A stretch of DNA of 64,000 nt from Mobula hypostoma (GCF_963921235.1 NC_086097.1:84136001-84200000), one strand, 5' to 3'. Numbered from the stretch's first letter, positions 1 through 11,849 are shown. Notes: generated by a model from the sequence alone, not told the origin. Made by a program: numbers and translations.

Positions 1-397
1 GGAAAAGTCAAGTGGGCTTTTGGACTCTACGTGCTGCTTTACTGTTAAGAAGTGATGTTGACCATTTTAAAGTTATGGGTGAGACACTACACCATTCGAA
101 TGTGACAAACATCCTTATTTACCTTCTCCTGAAAGTAAAATTCAAAGGCATATTAGCCATAAACAGAATTCCTCTTTGATTTGGAACATGGCTCTGAGAG
201 ATAATCCAATTAATACAAATATAAATTTGGGGTGTGGGCTTTACCAGCATTTATTGGCCATCCTTGGCCCTTGAGAAGGTAGTGGGTCGGGGGAGGGCAA
301 TTAAATGGTTGGGAGTGGCCCTTGAAGAGAGGGAGCAGTCAGTAGCTGGACATTGGAAATGAAATGGGCAGGGTAGGTGCATGAGAGTCAAGAGGAT

Positions 398-1356
398 CAC
401 AGAGTCACAGAGAAGTACAGCACAGAAACAGGCTCTTCATCCCATCTAGTCCATGTCAAAACCATTTAAATTGCCTACTCCCATTGACCTGCACCAGGAC
501 CATAGCCCTCCATATCCCTACCATCCATGTATATCCAAACTTCTCTTAAACTTTAAAATCGAGTTCACATTCACCACTTGTGCTGGCTGCTCATTCCACA
601 CTCTCATGACCCTCTGAGTGAAGAAGTTTCCCCTCATGTTCCCCTTAAGCTTTTCACCTTTCACCCCTAACCCATGACCTCTGGTTGTAGCCCCACCCAA
701 TCTCAGTGGAAAAAGCCTGCTTGCATTTACACTATCTATACCCCACATAATTTTGTATACCTCTATCAAATCTCCCCTCAATCTTCTACATTCTAAAGAG
801 TACAGTCCTAACCTATTCAATCTTTCTCTATAACGCAGGCCCTACGGTTGCAGCACCATCCTTGTAAATTTTCTTTGTACTCTTTCAACCTTATTTACAT
901 CTTTTCTGTAGGTAGGTGACCAAAACTGCCCACAATACTCCAAATTAGGCCTCACCAATGTCGTATACAACTTCAACATAACATCCCATCTCCTGTACTC
1001 CATACGTTGAAAGCCAATGTGCCAAAAGCTTTACTTACGACCATATTGGCCTGTGACACCACTTGCAACAAATTATGTGCCTGTATTCTTAGATCCCTTT
1101 GTTCTACCACATTCCTCACTGAGTAATCCTCAGTGCCCTACCGTTCACTGTGTAAGACATATTCTGGTGGTCCTACTGAAGTGCAACACCTTGCATTTGT
1201 CTGCATTATGTTCCATCTGCCATTTTTCATCCTATTTCTCCAGCTGATGCAATCTCTCTGCAAGTCATAATAGTCTTCCTCGCTGTCCACTATACCCCCA
1301 ATCTTGGGGTCACTCACAAATGTGTTAATCTAGTTAATCACATTATCATCCAGATC
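398..1356 (-). mobile_element. CR1 LINE 3' fragment (RT C-terminus and 3' UTR), decayed
   Basis: ORF 518-820 reads LGLYSLECRRLRGDLIEVYKI...FFTQRV, the CR1 ORF2 C-terminal motif that also ends the 27638 ORF. Confidence 0.9.
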
Positions 1357-2048
1357 TGGAGGAGAAGATGGCAACGTGATGGCAGTGTGCGTGGCCACTT
1401 CGGTGGTGATGTCTGTTATCTGTCAAGTAGGGGACCGTGCACAATTCTGATTTGATGGAGACGGACATGAGAGTACGGAGGAACATCTGGAAAACTTCTG
1501 AAATGCCCGCTTCACTGCCACTGCTACTGTGTGGTAACTGGAATCTCCGGAGCAGAGGGCCCTGAAATCCTCGGCTTTGCGTGTTTCAGCGGCCAGGGAG
1601 AGGTCGAAGGCACTCGGCAGAGGATGGTGCTCGGGAGGCTGTATCGGAGGGGCTGGTTGGAAGCTCGACGTTTTCGGACGGATGGACTCAGTGTCGGCTG
1701 TGGTCGGCTGCTTCCAAGGCATCGGCAAGTTGACGGTGTCTGGAGGTTTATGGCAGGGAGTTTCTCCCTTTTGCTGCCTACTATCGGGGACGTGGGAGTC
1801 GATCGACTCGGGGACTTTTGAGACTTTATTTACCATACCTATGGTTTGTTCTTCATCAAATTATGGTATTGCTTTACACTGCTGTAACTATATGTTGAAA
1901 TTATGTGGTTCTGTCAGTGTTAGTCTTTGGTTTGTCCTGTTTTCTATGATATCACTCCGGAGAAACATTGTATCATTTCTTAATGCATGTATGCATTTCT
2001 AAATGACAATAAAAGAGGACTGAGTGTTCTCATAATCTAATCTAATCA
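1357..2048 (+). mobile_element. Non-autonomous non-LTR retroelement with (TCTAA)n tail, copy 1, inserted in CR1
   Basis: Starts GGAGGAGAAGATGGC and ends AATAAAA...TAATCTAATCTAATC. It is homologous end to end with 56898-57560 and splits the CR1 sequence CAGATC|ATTGAT. Confidence 0.8.
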
Positions 2049-2439
2049 TTGATCTCTACAACTTCTCCACTCAGGGGAAGGAAGAGGGAGTACGTTAACT
2101 GGGAGGGAGGTGAACGAAGGCGGAGTGAGCTGAGAGGGACATGTGGAGACTGGTGAAGGCAGTTAGGGATAGGGACTAGAGAGTTGAGAGTAGTACCTTA
2201 GAGACTTTCAAATCTAAACTCGATAGTTATTTCAACACACTATGTGAATAGGAATTTGAGATGCTGTTCGGCCAAATGACCTGTTCTTGTCAAAAACTTT
2301 CTAATATTCTAACGGAAAGTCTTAAGGAGGGGGTGAGGAGGAGAGCCAATCAAAAGAGCATGTGCAAGATTATGTGAATATGTGATCAGGGTACATACAC
2401 CCCGTGTACTTAAAGAGTCAAAATTCTGTATGAAGGGAG

Positions 2440-3720
2440 GTAGACTATCTACTGATGTCTTTTATTGACTGTCATAGTTATCTTGACTACACTTCTTTCC
2501 ACTCCGTCATTTGTAGGAATATGATTCCTTTCCTCAGTACCTCCATCTCCACTGCATATGTTCTTAGGAGGAGACTTTCTATTCTAGAACATCAGAGAGG
2601 ACCTCCTCCTTCAAAAAACGGATTTCTCATCCACTACCATCTATGCTGCCCTCACCTGTACCTCCTCCATTTCCCACACATCTGCCATAACAGGGATCGG
2701 GCTCCTCTCGTCCTTACCAACCACCCTATGAGCCTCCATATCAAGCACATTATTCTCCAGAACTTCCACTATACTGTCCTAGGATCCTACCAATGAGCAC
2801 ATCTTTCACTACCCCCCCCAACCCCATTCTCCACTTTCCGCAGCAATTGTTCTCTACATGACTCTGTTGACAACTTGTCCCTTCCCACTGATCCCCCTCT
2901 TGGCACTTTCATGAAAGCCTGCCCTACACCTCCTCCCTCACCACTGTTTAGAACCCAAAACAGTCCTTTCAGGTGAGGTGACACTTCACTGTGAGTCTGT
3001 TGGGTTCATCTACTGTGTCTGGTGCTCAAAGTGGAGCCTCCGTTACATCGGTGAGACCTGGTATATACTGGGGGACCGCTTCGCCAAGCACCTTTACTGC
3101 ATTCACCACAAAAGGCAGGATTTTCTGGTGGCCATCCATTTCAATTCAACATCCTGTTACTATTCTGATGTGTCAGTCCATGGCCTCCTCTGCTGCCACA
3201 ATGGGACAATTCAGGTTGGAGGAGCAACACCTCATATTCTATCAAGGTAAACTCCAATCTGATGGTATGGGCATTGATTTCTCTAACTTCTGTTAATTTC
3301 TTCCTCCCCCCGCCTTTCTTTTTCTATTCCCCATTCTGTCTCTGCTTACTCCTTCTCCCCTCCTCACCTGTCCATCAACTTCCTCTGGTAACTCCCCTCC
3401 TTCCCTTTCTCCTTTGATCCTCTCCTATCAGATTTCTTCTTCTGCCATTTTACCTTTTCCACCTGTCATCTTCTCGCTTCATTATCTTCATTCCCCCTCT
3501 CACCTGGTTTCACCTGTCACCTGCCAACCCTTATTCCTTCCCCTGCCCCTCCCCTCTTATTCTGGCTTCTTGGTTCTTCCTTTCCAGTCCTGATGAAGGA
3601 TCTCGGCCTGAAATATTGACCCTTTATTCCTCTCCATAGACGCCGCCTGACCTGCTGCTCTCCTCCAGCATTTGGTGTGCGTTGCTCTGGATTTCCAGCA
3701 TCTGAAGAATCTCTTGTGTA
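2440..3720 (+). mobile_element. Penelope-like element remnant (RT end, GIY-YIG endonuclease, pLTR)
   Basis: ORF 2978-3250 reads CESVGFIYCVWCSKWSLRYIGET...LGDRFAKHL (GIY-YIG). It is followed by a pyrimidine-rich pLTR with a decayed hammerhead core (CTGATGA at 3590). Confidence 0.85.
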
Positions 3721-3809
3721 TCTGGATGTCTGTTTGTCTATGCATTTGTGTGATCATACTTTCCCTTCAGAAAAGCCATTGGATATTGATACATGTATCC
3801 ACACAAGCA

Positions 3810-4060
3810 TGCAACACTCTTACAGCTCGGACTGTTCTGGAGTTCGGAATTCAATTCCAGCACCATTCTATAAGGAATCTGTCCATCCTCCATATGGAAT
3901 TCATGAGCTTTCCTTGGGTGCACTGGTTTCCTCCCACAGTCTAAAGATGTACTGGAAGGGTTAATTGGTCATTTTAAATGGTCCCATGAAAAGGTTAGGG
4001 GTTAATTGGGGTCATGGGGTTGCTGGGGCTATAGGGGCCTTGTATCACTAAATAAATAAA
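3810..4060 (+). mobile_element. V-SINE-like SINE, decayed
   Basis: Contains GGGTGCACTGGTTTCCTCCCACAGTCTAAAGATGTAC...GGTTAATTGGTCATT and is homologous to 24487-24760. Confidence 0.65.
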
Positions 4061-4386
4061 AGAACTTTGTTTTGCATGCCATCCATACAGGTCATTTCAA
4101 AGACAAGTATTGAGGTAGAATAAAGGAAAAATTAATAAGAAAATGCAGAACAAGTTCTTAGGAGATATAATATCTTTAAGTTTAGCAAGTTAAGGAAAGG
4201 TTATTAACTCAGGCTCTTTATTTAAATGCTCCCTCTAGGTGTATTTAACCTTTCAGTAGTAGTTGAGTGGGGTGTATGGAGTGTCCAGGAAGGGGTAGCA
4301 CCTTTGGTGAAAGGGCTTGTGGTGTCCATTCTGGGGAAGCTCGCTCACCTTTGGTCCCCATTGGACACTCAACTCTCACCTGTGGC

Positions 4387-5099
4387 ACAAAGACGACAAA
4401 ATCTACAGGTGCTGAAAACCAAGGAACACACAAAAAATGCTGGAACTCAGCTGGACGGGTAGCATCTTTGGAAAGAAATAAACAGTTGGCATTTCAGGCT
4501 AGAAAAGAAAGATGAGCAGTCAGATGGGGGGAAGGGAGGAAGAAGTACAAGGTAGCAGGTGATAGATGAAACCGAGAGAGGCCGAGAAGAGCTGGGAAGT
4601 TGACTTGTGAAAGAAATAAAGGGCTGGAAAAGGGGCAATCTTATAGGAGAGTGTAGAAGACCAGAGAAGAAAGAGAAGGGGAGGAGCACCAGAGGGAGAT
4701 GATGGGCAGGTAAGAAGATAAGGTGAGAGAGGGAATCAGGAATGGGGGAATAGTGAAGGGGGGAGGTCAATTACTGGAACTTTGAGAAATCAATATTCAT
4801 GGATGTTGTTCCTCTGACACTACTGTATCCGATGCTGCCGGTGTGGCCTCCTGTATACTGGTGAGACCCAATTTAGTTTGGGAGACTGCTTCGCTGAGCA
4901 CCTACATTCTGTCTGCCAGAAAAAGTGGGATCTACTTCTCATTCCCATATGTCAGTCCATGGCCTCCTGTACTGCTGCGATGAGGGCACACTTAGGTTGG
5001 AGTAATGACACTTTGTGCTCCAGTTTGAAATGTCAACTGTTCACTCTTTTCCATAGATGCTGTCTGGCTTGCTGAGTTTCTCCAGCAGTTTGTGTGTCC
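4387..5099. mobile_element. Inverted two-arm Penelope-like insertion, old
   Basis: A minus-strand pLTR arm is followed by a plus-strand GIY-YIG/pLTR arm (GDCFAEHLHSV). TSD CACCTGTGGC at 4377-4386 and 5100-5109. Confidence 0.8.
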
Positions 5100-6154
5100 C
5101 ACCTGTGGCTCCAAGTAGTTGCTTGCATGCACCAGCAGCCACACCTTGTTACTTTGCTTTGACAAGCTGGTTAAACCAGGTGAGGGTAACTGTCAGCCTC
5201 ATGAGATAGGGACATGCCTACCCTTGCGTGTGAAGCCAGCTCCAAGGGGACTGGATGGATGAGATCTACAGTGAGATCCAAAGGCCAGGAAGGTGGTCAT
5301 GGTCATCTATTGTAACCAATGAAGACCTCAGTTTTTGATACTTGTTCACACCACTGGACCCGGACCTCTGAGGTCAAGAGGCTGGAACTGCCCCAGTGTA
5401 ATGGGTTTTTCACTTTAAAAAACTCTCCCACAGGTTTCCTGTCATTGGAGGACACGATAGAGAACCAACAATATTTGAGTAGTTTTGTAAATATATTGCT
5501 TGATTAAGCATTCTTTGTTTACATAATTCATTACAGGTTGTATGTAAAAAGTATGTGAATGGCATACGTTATTACACCACCATGTCATCTGAGCGCCTCA
5601 CTAAAACAAAACAAAAAAGAACTAGGTATCCCGGCTCTTGTGTTTTTCTTTCGATTAGTTTCTGGAGTTGCAAACATAACATTCAATTCTTCACGGAACA
5701 AATGGAAATAATTTCATACACTTTGAATTCTTTAACAAATAATATTCATATTGAGAGGATTTTCAAACGTTTTGAAATATAAAAGGCTCACAAATAAAAG
5801 GTCAGATTTAGTTTTCAATTGATTTGTTAATATCTTTACCTCAATATTCATTCATCCCTCATGAAAATTGGAGTGTTTGCTCAGGTAAGTTGTTTAATTG
5901 TGAGAATGATACAATCATCCCCCTATCAGCCCAATGAGAGAGGTGCTGAACACAAGTCTTGTGTTCCCCTTTGCCAGTGACTGTCTGTGAGCGGTTGTAC
6001 TGCGGAGAAAGTGATCAGAAGTGTCCTCACAGGTGGAAGGATGAGAATCAGAGGCCTGGTAAAAGAAACAGAGGTGACATGACAAATGCACACAGTGAAA
6101 GGTTAGTAACTGGAATGCCTTGCCTAACTCAGTGATGAAGGAAGTGTGTGTAAG

Positions 6155-6630
6155 ATATAAGAGCAGAAATATGTCATTCAGCCCATCAAGTCTACTCTGC
6201 CATTCAATCATGGCTGATTTTTCTTTCAATTTCATTCTCCCATCCTCTCCCCATAACCCTTAACCCCATTACCAATCAATAACTTATCAACCTCTGCCTT
6301 AAATACACCCAATGATTTGACTTTCACAGCCCTCTGTGGCAATGAATTCCAGATTCACTACCCTCTGCGCGAATAAATTCCTCCTCATCTCAGTTTTAAA
6401 GGGACATCCCATTTTCAGAGGCTGTGTCCTCTCATTATTCACTTTATCCAGGGCTTATAATGTTTGGAAGGTTTCAATGAGATCACCCCCACCCAACCTA
6501 CTTAACATCACTGAATGCAAGCTAGGGTCATCAAATATTCCTCAATGGTTAAGCTTTTCATACCTGGGATCATCCTTGTGAACCTCCTCTGGACCTTCTC
6601 CAGGATTGAACATTCTTCCTCAGATACAAG
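6155..6630 (-). mobile_element. CR1 LINE 3' end fragment
   Basis: CTCTGTGGCAATGAATTCCAGATTCACTACCCTCTG and its flanks match the minus-strand CR1 3' end at 30.3-30.8 kb. Confidence 0.8.
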
Positions 6631-6940
6631 GCCCAGAATATTCTAACTGCTGGCTGCCATTTGGTTGGCTCCTTAAAAGAGAACCAGATCATTATTTGAA
6701 AGAAAGTAGATCAAATGCCTGAAGAGAAAGGGGCTAGTAAGTGGGAACATTGTATTGTTTTTGCAGTCCGTTAGACAGTGAGATTTTCATCCCACATAGT
6801 CTACATCAACCATCAATCACCCATTTACACTAATCCTACACAGATTCCATTTTATTCTCACTGCATTCCCAGCAAATCCCTCCGCACTACCGCCCAGCCA
6901 ACCCCTAACCAAAGTTACGCTTCATATTTAGACCTCACAC

Positions 6941-7074
6941 CAACTTCTAACACCATGTTATATTTGTTCTTGATAAAAGACAAACCTGCGTGTGTAAAAA
7001 AAACACAAACGCATTTATTCGGACTCTCTTCTCGGTTTCGAGCTCCACACTTCAGCTCGCGCTTCTAGTTCACC
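6941..7074 (-). mobile_element. Gypsy LTR 3' portion plus primer-binding site, opposite orientation to the adjacent element
   Basis: The minus strand ends ...AACAAATATAACA and is followed by TGGTGTTAGAAGTTG, the same PBS type as 26741-26756. It is an imperfect inverted match to 7118-7230. Confidence 0.7.
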
Positions 7075-7998
7075 AATGCCTAGTGAGTGCAATGCGTGCG
7101 TCTAACCTGGAACCAGAGGTAAACTGGGAGCATGCGTGCTAAAGTGTGGAGCTCGAAGCCTTTGTGTCCAAATAAACATGCTAGTTTTGTTTTAACCCAC
7201 ACAAGTTTGTCTTTTATCAAGAACAAACATTGTCTCAAAGTTCACCAAGAAATTGAGGAGAAGGCCTAAAGATGCCCTATGCAGTTTACTGGCAATCTAG
7301 CTGATAATTGGAACGGCTTCAAACTGCGATTCAATATATATTTAGCGGCAAGCAGAGCCGGCGGGGTGGAGGAAACATTACCACATGTAGTTGGCGAAGA
7401 CCCTTTGGACATCTACAACAGATTTCAAAATAACAGGACCCACTTGACATTGGTCACGCTGATAACAAAATTTGAGGAGAATTTTGTCCCGAGTGTAAAC
7501 ATTACATTTGAAAGCTATACATTACTTTCATGTGAACAGAAACAAGGTGTTAGTTTTGACCAATACTTAGCTGAGCCTCACACACTGAGTAAGTCCTGTG
7601 AGTTTGGAGATTTGAGAGACTAGTCAGAGACAAAATAGTTTGCAGAATCCCAGATAATGGACTTAAAGAAAGCCTACTCTGTGATAAAGATTTAACGCTG
7701 GAAAAGGCTGTGGAATTCAGGGTAGCAAAGTCCACACAAATACAAGCTAAAGCATTGTACAGGGCAAAACAACAGTCCATGCTGTGAAAACAGAAGGGCG
7801 GAGCACAAGGCATTTCCCAAAGTGACAGCATAGCAAAGAGGTACAGTAGACTCAAACAGTAAATGCAACAAATGTGGAGGTAGGCACATCCCAAGGAAGT
7901 GAACAACAGGAATTCTGCAGATGCTGGAAATTCAAGCAACACACATCAAAGTTGCTGGTGAACGCAGCAGGCCAGGCAGCATCTCTAGGAAGAGGTAC

Positions 7999-8034
7999 AG
8001 TCGACGTTTCAGGCCGAGACCCTTCGTCAGGACT
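7999..8034 (-). ncRNA. Minimal type I hammerhead ribozyme motif (PLE pLTR)
   Basis: Minus strand reads AGTC CTGACGA AGG GTCTCGG CCT GAAA CGTC GACT, with the full core, helix I and helix II. Activity is not shown. Confidence 0.8.
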
Positions 8035-9030
8035 AACTGAAGGAAGAGTGAGTAAGAGATTTGAAAGTTGGAGGGGGAGGGGGAGATCCAAAATGATAGG
8101 AGAAGACAGGAGGGGGAGGGATGGAGCCAAGAGCTGGACAGGTGATTGGCAAAGGGGATATGAGAGGGTCATGGGACAGGTGGTCCGGGGAGAAAGACGG
8201 GGGGGTGGAACCCAGAGGATGGGCAAGGGGTATAGTCAGAGGGACAGAGGGAGAAAAAGGAGAGTGAGAGAAAGAATGTATGTATAAAAATAAATAATGG
8301 ATGGGGTACGAAGGGGAGGTGGGGCATTAGTGGAAGTTAGAGAAGTCGATGTTCATGCCATCAGATTGGAGGCTACCCAGATGGAATATATTGTTCCTCC
8401 AACCTGAGTGTGGCTTCATCTTTACAGTAGAGGAGGCCGTGGATAGACATGTCAGAATGGGAATGGGATGTGGAATTAAAATATGTGGCCACTGGAAGAT
8501 CCTGCTTTCTCTGGCGGGCAGAGCGTAGGTGTTCAGCAAAGCGGTCTCCCAGTCTGCATCGGGTCTCGCCAACATATAGAAGGCCACATTGGGAGCACAG
8601 GACGCAGTATATCACCCCAGCCGACTCACAGGTGAAGTGTCGCCTCACACTCAGGTTGGAGGAACAACACTTTATACTCCGTCTGGGTAGCCTCCAACCT
8701 GATGGCATGAACATCGACTTCTCTAACTGCCGCTAATGCCCCACCTCCCCCTCGTACCCCATCCATTATTTATTTTTATACACACTTTCTTTCTCTCACT
8801 CTCTTTTTTCTCCCTCTGTCCCTCTGACTATACCCCTTGCCCATCCTCTGGGTTCCCCCCCTCCTTGTCTTTCTTCCCGGACCTCCTGTCCCATGATCCT
8901 CTCGTATCCCTTTTGCCTATCACCTGTCCATCTCTTGGCTCCATCCCTCCCCCTCCTGTCTTCTCCTATCATTTTGGATCCCCCCCTCCCCCTCCCACTT
9001 TCAAATCTCTTACTAACTTTTCCTTCAGTT

Positions 9031-9066
9031 AGTCCTGACGAAGGGTCTCGGCCTGAAACGTCGACT
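9031..9066 (+). ncRNA. Minimal type I hammerhead ribozyme motif (PLE pLTR)
   Basis: AGTC CTGACGA AGG GTCTCGG CCT GAAA CGTC GACT. Predicted cleavage is after the GUC ending at 9062. Confidence 0.8.
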
Positions 9067-11164
9067 GTACCTCTTCCTAGAGATGCTGCCTGGCCTGCTG
9101 CGTTCACCAGCAACTTTGATGTGTGTTGCTCCCAAGGAAGTGTCCTGCTTACAGAAAGTCCTGCAATGATTGTGGGAAGAAGAATAATTTTGCAAGGTGG
9201 AGCTACCAAGAGACAGGTGCACACAGTTGCTGAGGAAATGAAGGAAGTATTTGTAGATTCTCTACAGACTGATGATGCCGGTGTAATGGATCTTTCCATT
9301 GAATGAGACAGTAATTCCATTCAAGGTTGACACTGGAGCCCAGGTAAATCTATTACCTATGGATGATTACAAGACTCAAAGTAAAGAACAAGATTTACCC
9401 AGTGAAATTAAAAGTGACAGGCAATACTGGAGAGAACGTTCCAGTAAAAGGAGGCTGTATAGTGATCTTCAAGCACAAGGGTCAGCACCTAAAGGCACAG
9501 CTACTGATTGTTGAAAAGTGAATGCAATCAATATTAGGTCTAAAGAAGACGGAGAGACCACACAGACCCAAAGATCAGAACAACAGCAACAGTTCAATAC
9601 AAACCAACAGGAGGAATTGTTATCTATGATACACAGGCAACAGAAGGAGCTCTGTGAATTGAGAATCATTTGGAATTTATGCAAAGGCTCATTGATCACA
9701 TGGAGGTAGATCAGGGCTCCACTATGAGACAAGTGGAACAAATTATGGTTACACAGCAGGAACAAAAACAAATGAACAGATAGGATCTGGACAGAAGGAT
9801 GTGAAAGAAATGAACATGTAGATCAGAGTTCTCAAAAGAACACAGCTATTAATACAGCAAGTGAAAGCAAGGGATCTGTGGAAACAAGCAGCAGCCCAAA
9901 AGGGATCATTAAACCACCACGGAGATGGATTGAGAGTGGATGAGTGTATGTAATTGCTCATTACAATTGAAGTTAAAATAAATATCTGTTGGAAAGGTCA
10001 TTACAATTGATATTAATATAAATATCTTTGTTGGACAGAATTATTGCTTCTTGCAGATCAGACATTGAGCTTGCAAGGATAATTGATTTATCTCCTGACT
10101 TACTAAAGCCTTTTTTAAACCATCTATAAAGCAATGCAGAAGAACAATAGAAAAGTGAAATAATATCAGAAAATGCCAGAAATACGTAACAGGTCAGTTA
10201 GGATCTGTGGAGTGAAAAATCCATCAGTTAACATTTCATATTGATGACCTTGCATATTTGTTTTCTCTAAAATCAGTAACTGGCTTGTCGAATATTTCTC
10301 ATAAGACTAGTGGATTACTGGTGCCTCGATGAGCAACTTCTTTCAAGAAGATCAATTCTATCCAGGTGAAAAGAAGCCCATTTGAATGGCATTGCATCTA
10401 CCTTCTCCACATGGTTGCCATGTACAACATTTGCAAGATACAGTATTGCAGATCACCAAGGCATCTTTGACAGCACCATCCAAAGCTACAATCGGACGGA
10501 CAGAAACATGGAAATACAATGAAGTGCCAGTCGCACATTCTAACATCAGCCCATGTCCTGCAGCCATTCAAATAGGTGGCTCCATATCATTTTCTCAGTG
10601 ATAGTAAATGTTGGGTAATAAGTTCCAGATGCCTAGAGCCATTGAGCAAAGTAAGTGAACATTTGGACCATTATAATGAAGTAAGTCTGCAGTATAAAAC
10701 TATCTTTTAAAGATGAGTTAAAATTGGGTAATATAACTTGCAGGAACTTTCCAAGGGAATTCCAGGGAAATTAATAATATACCATGACTGCAAGATGGTT
10801 TTTGATGATTATGATGTGTCAACCAGATTAATAAATGTAATTGGCGGATCAAGCTTACATTTAGAAAACACGGCAGCCTAGAACAGTTTGGTTCAGAAAC
10901 AAACAGAATGAAAGTGGGATTGCTTCAGAAACAGCTTGGTCAAAAAGCATCTGTGTCATAATTCCCTCTTTCCCTTCTCTGTCCAACTGATCAATCAAAG
11001 CAATTATGCCTGCCCACGTTTTTCTATTTACTCCTGATTTGTAATTTGTATTACAAATACAAAACAGAACGTGGTCATTCAACCCATTGGGTCCATGAAA
11101 ACTCCCAGTAACTTCATTCTATTCCCCTCTCCTTTCCCTGTACAATGTATCCTCTCTCACATCT

Positions 11165-11800
11165 GGGGTTGAGGGGGTGAACAGCTTTAAGTTCCTTGGC
11201 ATACACATCACTGAGGATTTATTCCATTAGCTGTGTGGTGAAAAAGCACAACAGCGCCTCTTTCACCTCAGACGGTTGAAGAAGTTTGACATGAGTCTGC
11301 AAATCCTAAGGACTTTCTACAGGGGCACAATTGAGAGCATCCTGACTGGCTGTATCACTGCCTGGTATGGGAACTGTACTTCCCTCAATCACAGGGCTCT
11401 CTGAGAGTGGTGCGACAGCCCAGTACATCTGTAGATGTGAACTTCCCACCATTCAGGACATTTACACAGAGACAGGTGTGTTAAAAGGGCCTGAAAGATC
11501 ATTGGGGACCCAAGTTACCCCAACCACAAACTATTCCAGAGCTACCATCCAGGAAACGGTACTGCAGTGTTAAAGCCAGGGCCAACAGGCTCCGGGACAG
11601 CTTCTTCCAGCAGGCTATCAGACTGATTAATTCACGCTGATACAATTATATTTCTATGCTATGTTGACTGTCCTGTTGTACATACTATTTATTACAAATT
11701 ACTATAAATTGCACAATGCACATTCAGATGGAGAGGTAACATAAAGATTTTTACTCCTCGTGTATGTGAAGGATGTAAGAAATAGTTAATTCAATTCAAT
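11165..11800 (+). mobile_element. Rex1/Babar-like LINE 3' fragment
   Basis: Decayed frames read FKFLGIHI, QRLFHLRRLKKF and TFYRGTIESILTGCITAWYG. Ends in an (AATTC)n tail. Confidence 0.8.
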
Positions 11801-11849
11801 ATGTCTATCACCTTCCCTTTCTTTCCTGTGCTATTTAGCTACTCCTATT

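Larger units (their letters stand above)
7902..9129. mobile_element. Inverted two-arm Penelope-like insertion
   Basis: Minus arm 7902-8648 carries GIY-YIG (GVIYCVLCSQCGLLYVGET); plus arm is 8646-9130. TSD TCCCAAGGAAGTG at 7889-7901 and 9130-9142. Confidence 0.92.
7118..9960 (+). mobile_element. Ty3/Gypsy gag-protease remnant lacking RT/RNaseH/integrase, interrupted by a PLE
   Basis: Gag reads MQFTGNLADNWNGFKLRFNIYL. A zinc knuckle CNKCGGRHIPRKCPAYRKSCNDCGK is restored when 7902-9142 is removed. Protease FKVDTGAQVNLL at 9.32 kb; terminal IIKPPRRWIE-like motif at 9.9 kb. No 3' LTR seen. Confidence 0.85.

Noticed and set aside
1..50. GKVKWAFGLY resembling an EF-hand calcium-sensor exon
   Set aside because: The frame stops after 15 codons with no EF-hand loop or convincing splice donor, so it is probably a chance match.
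5470..5680. Possible solo LTR ending in AACATAACA
   Set aside because: The left TG terminus and TSD could not be identified.
7852..9320. Repeated G/R-rich and P/S/L-rich ORFs
   Set aside because: They are translations of the purine/pyrimidine-skewed PLE pLTR and recur at 21.9 and 52.4 kb.
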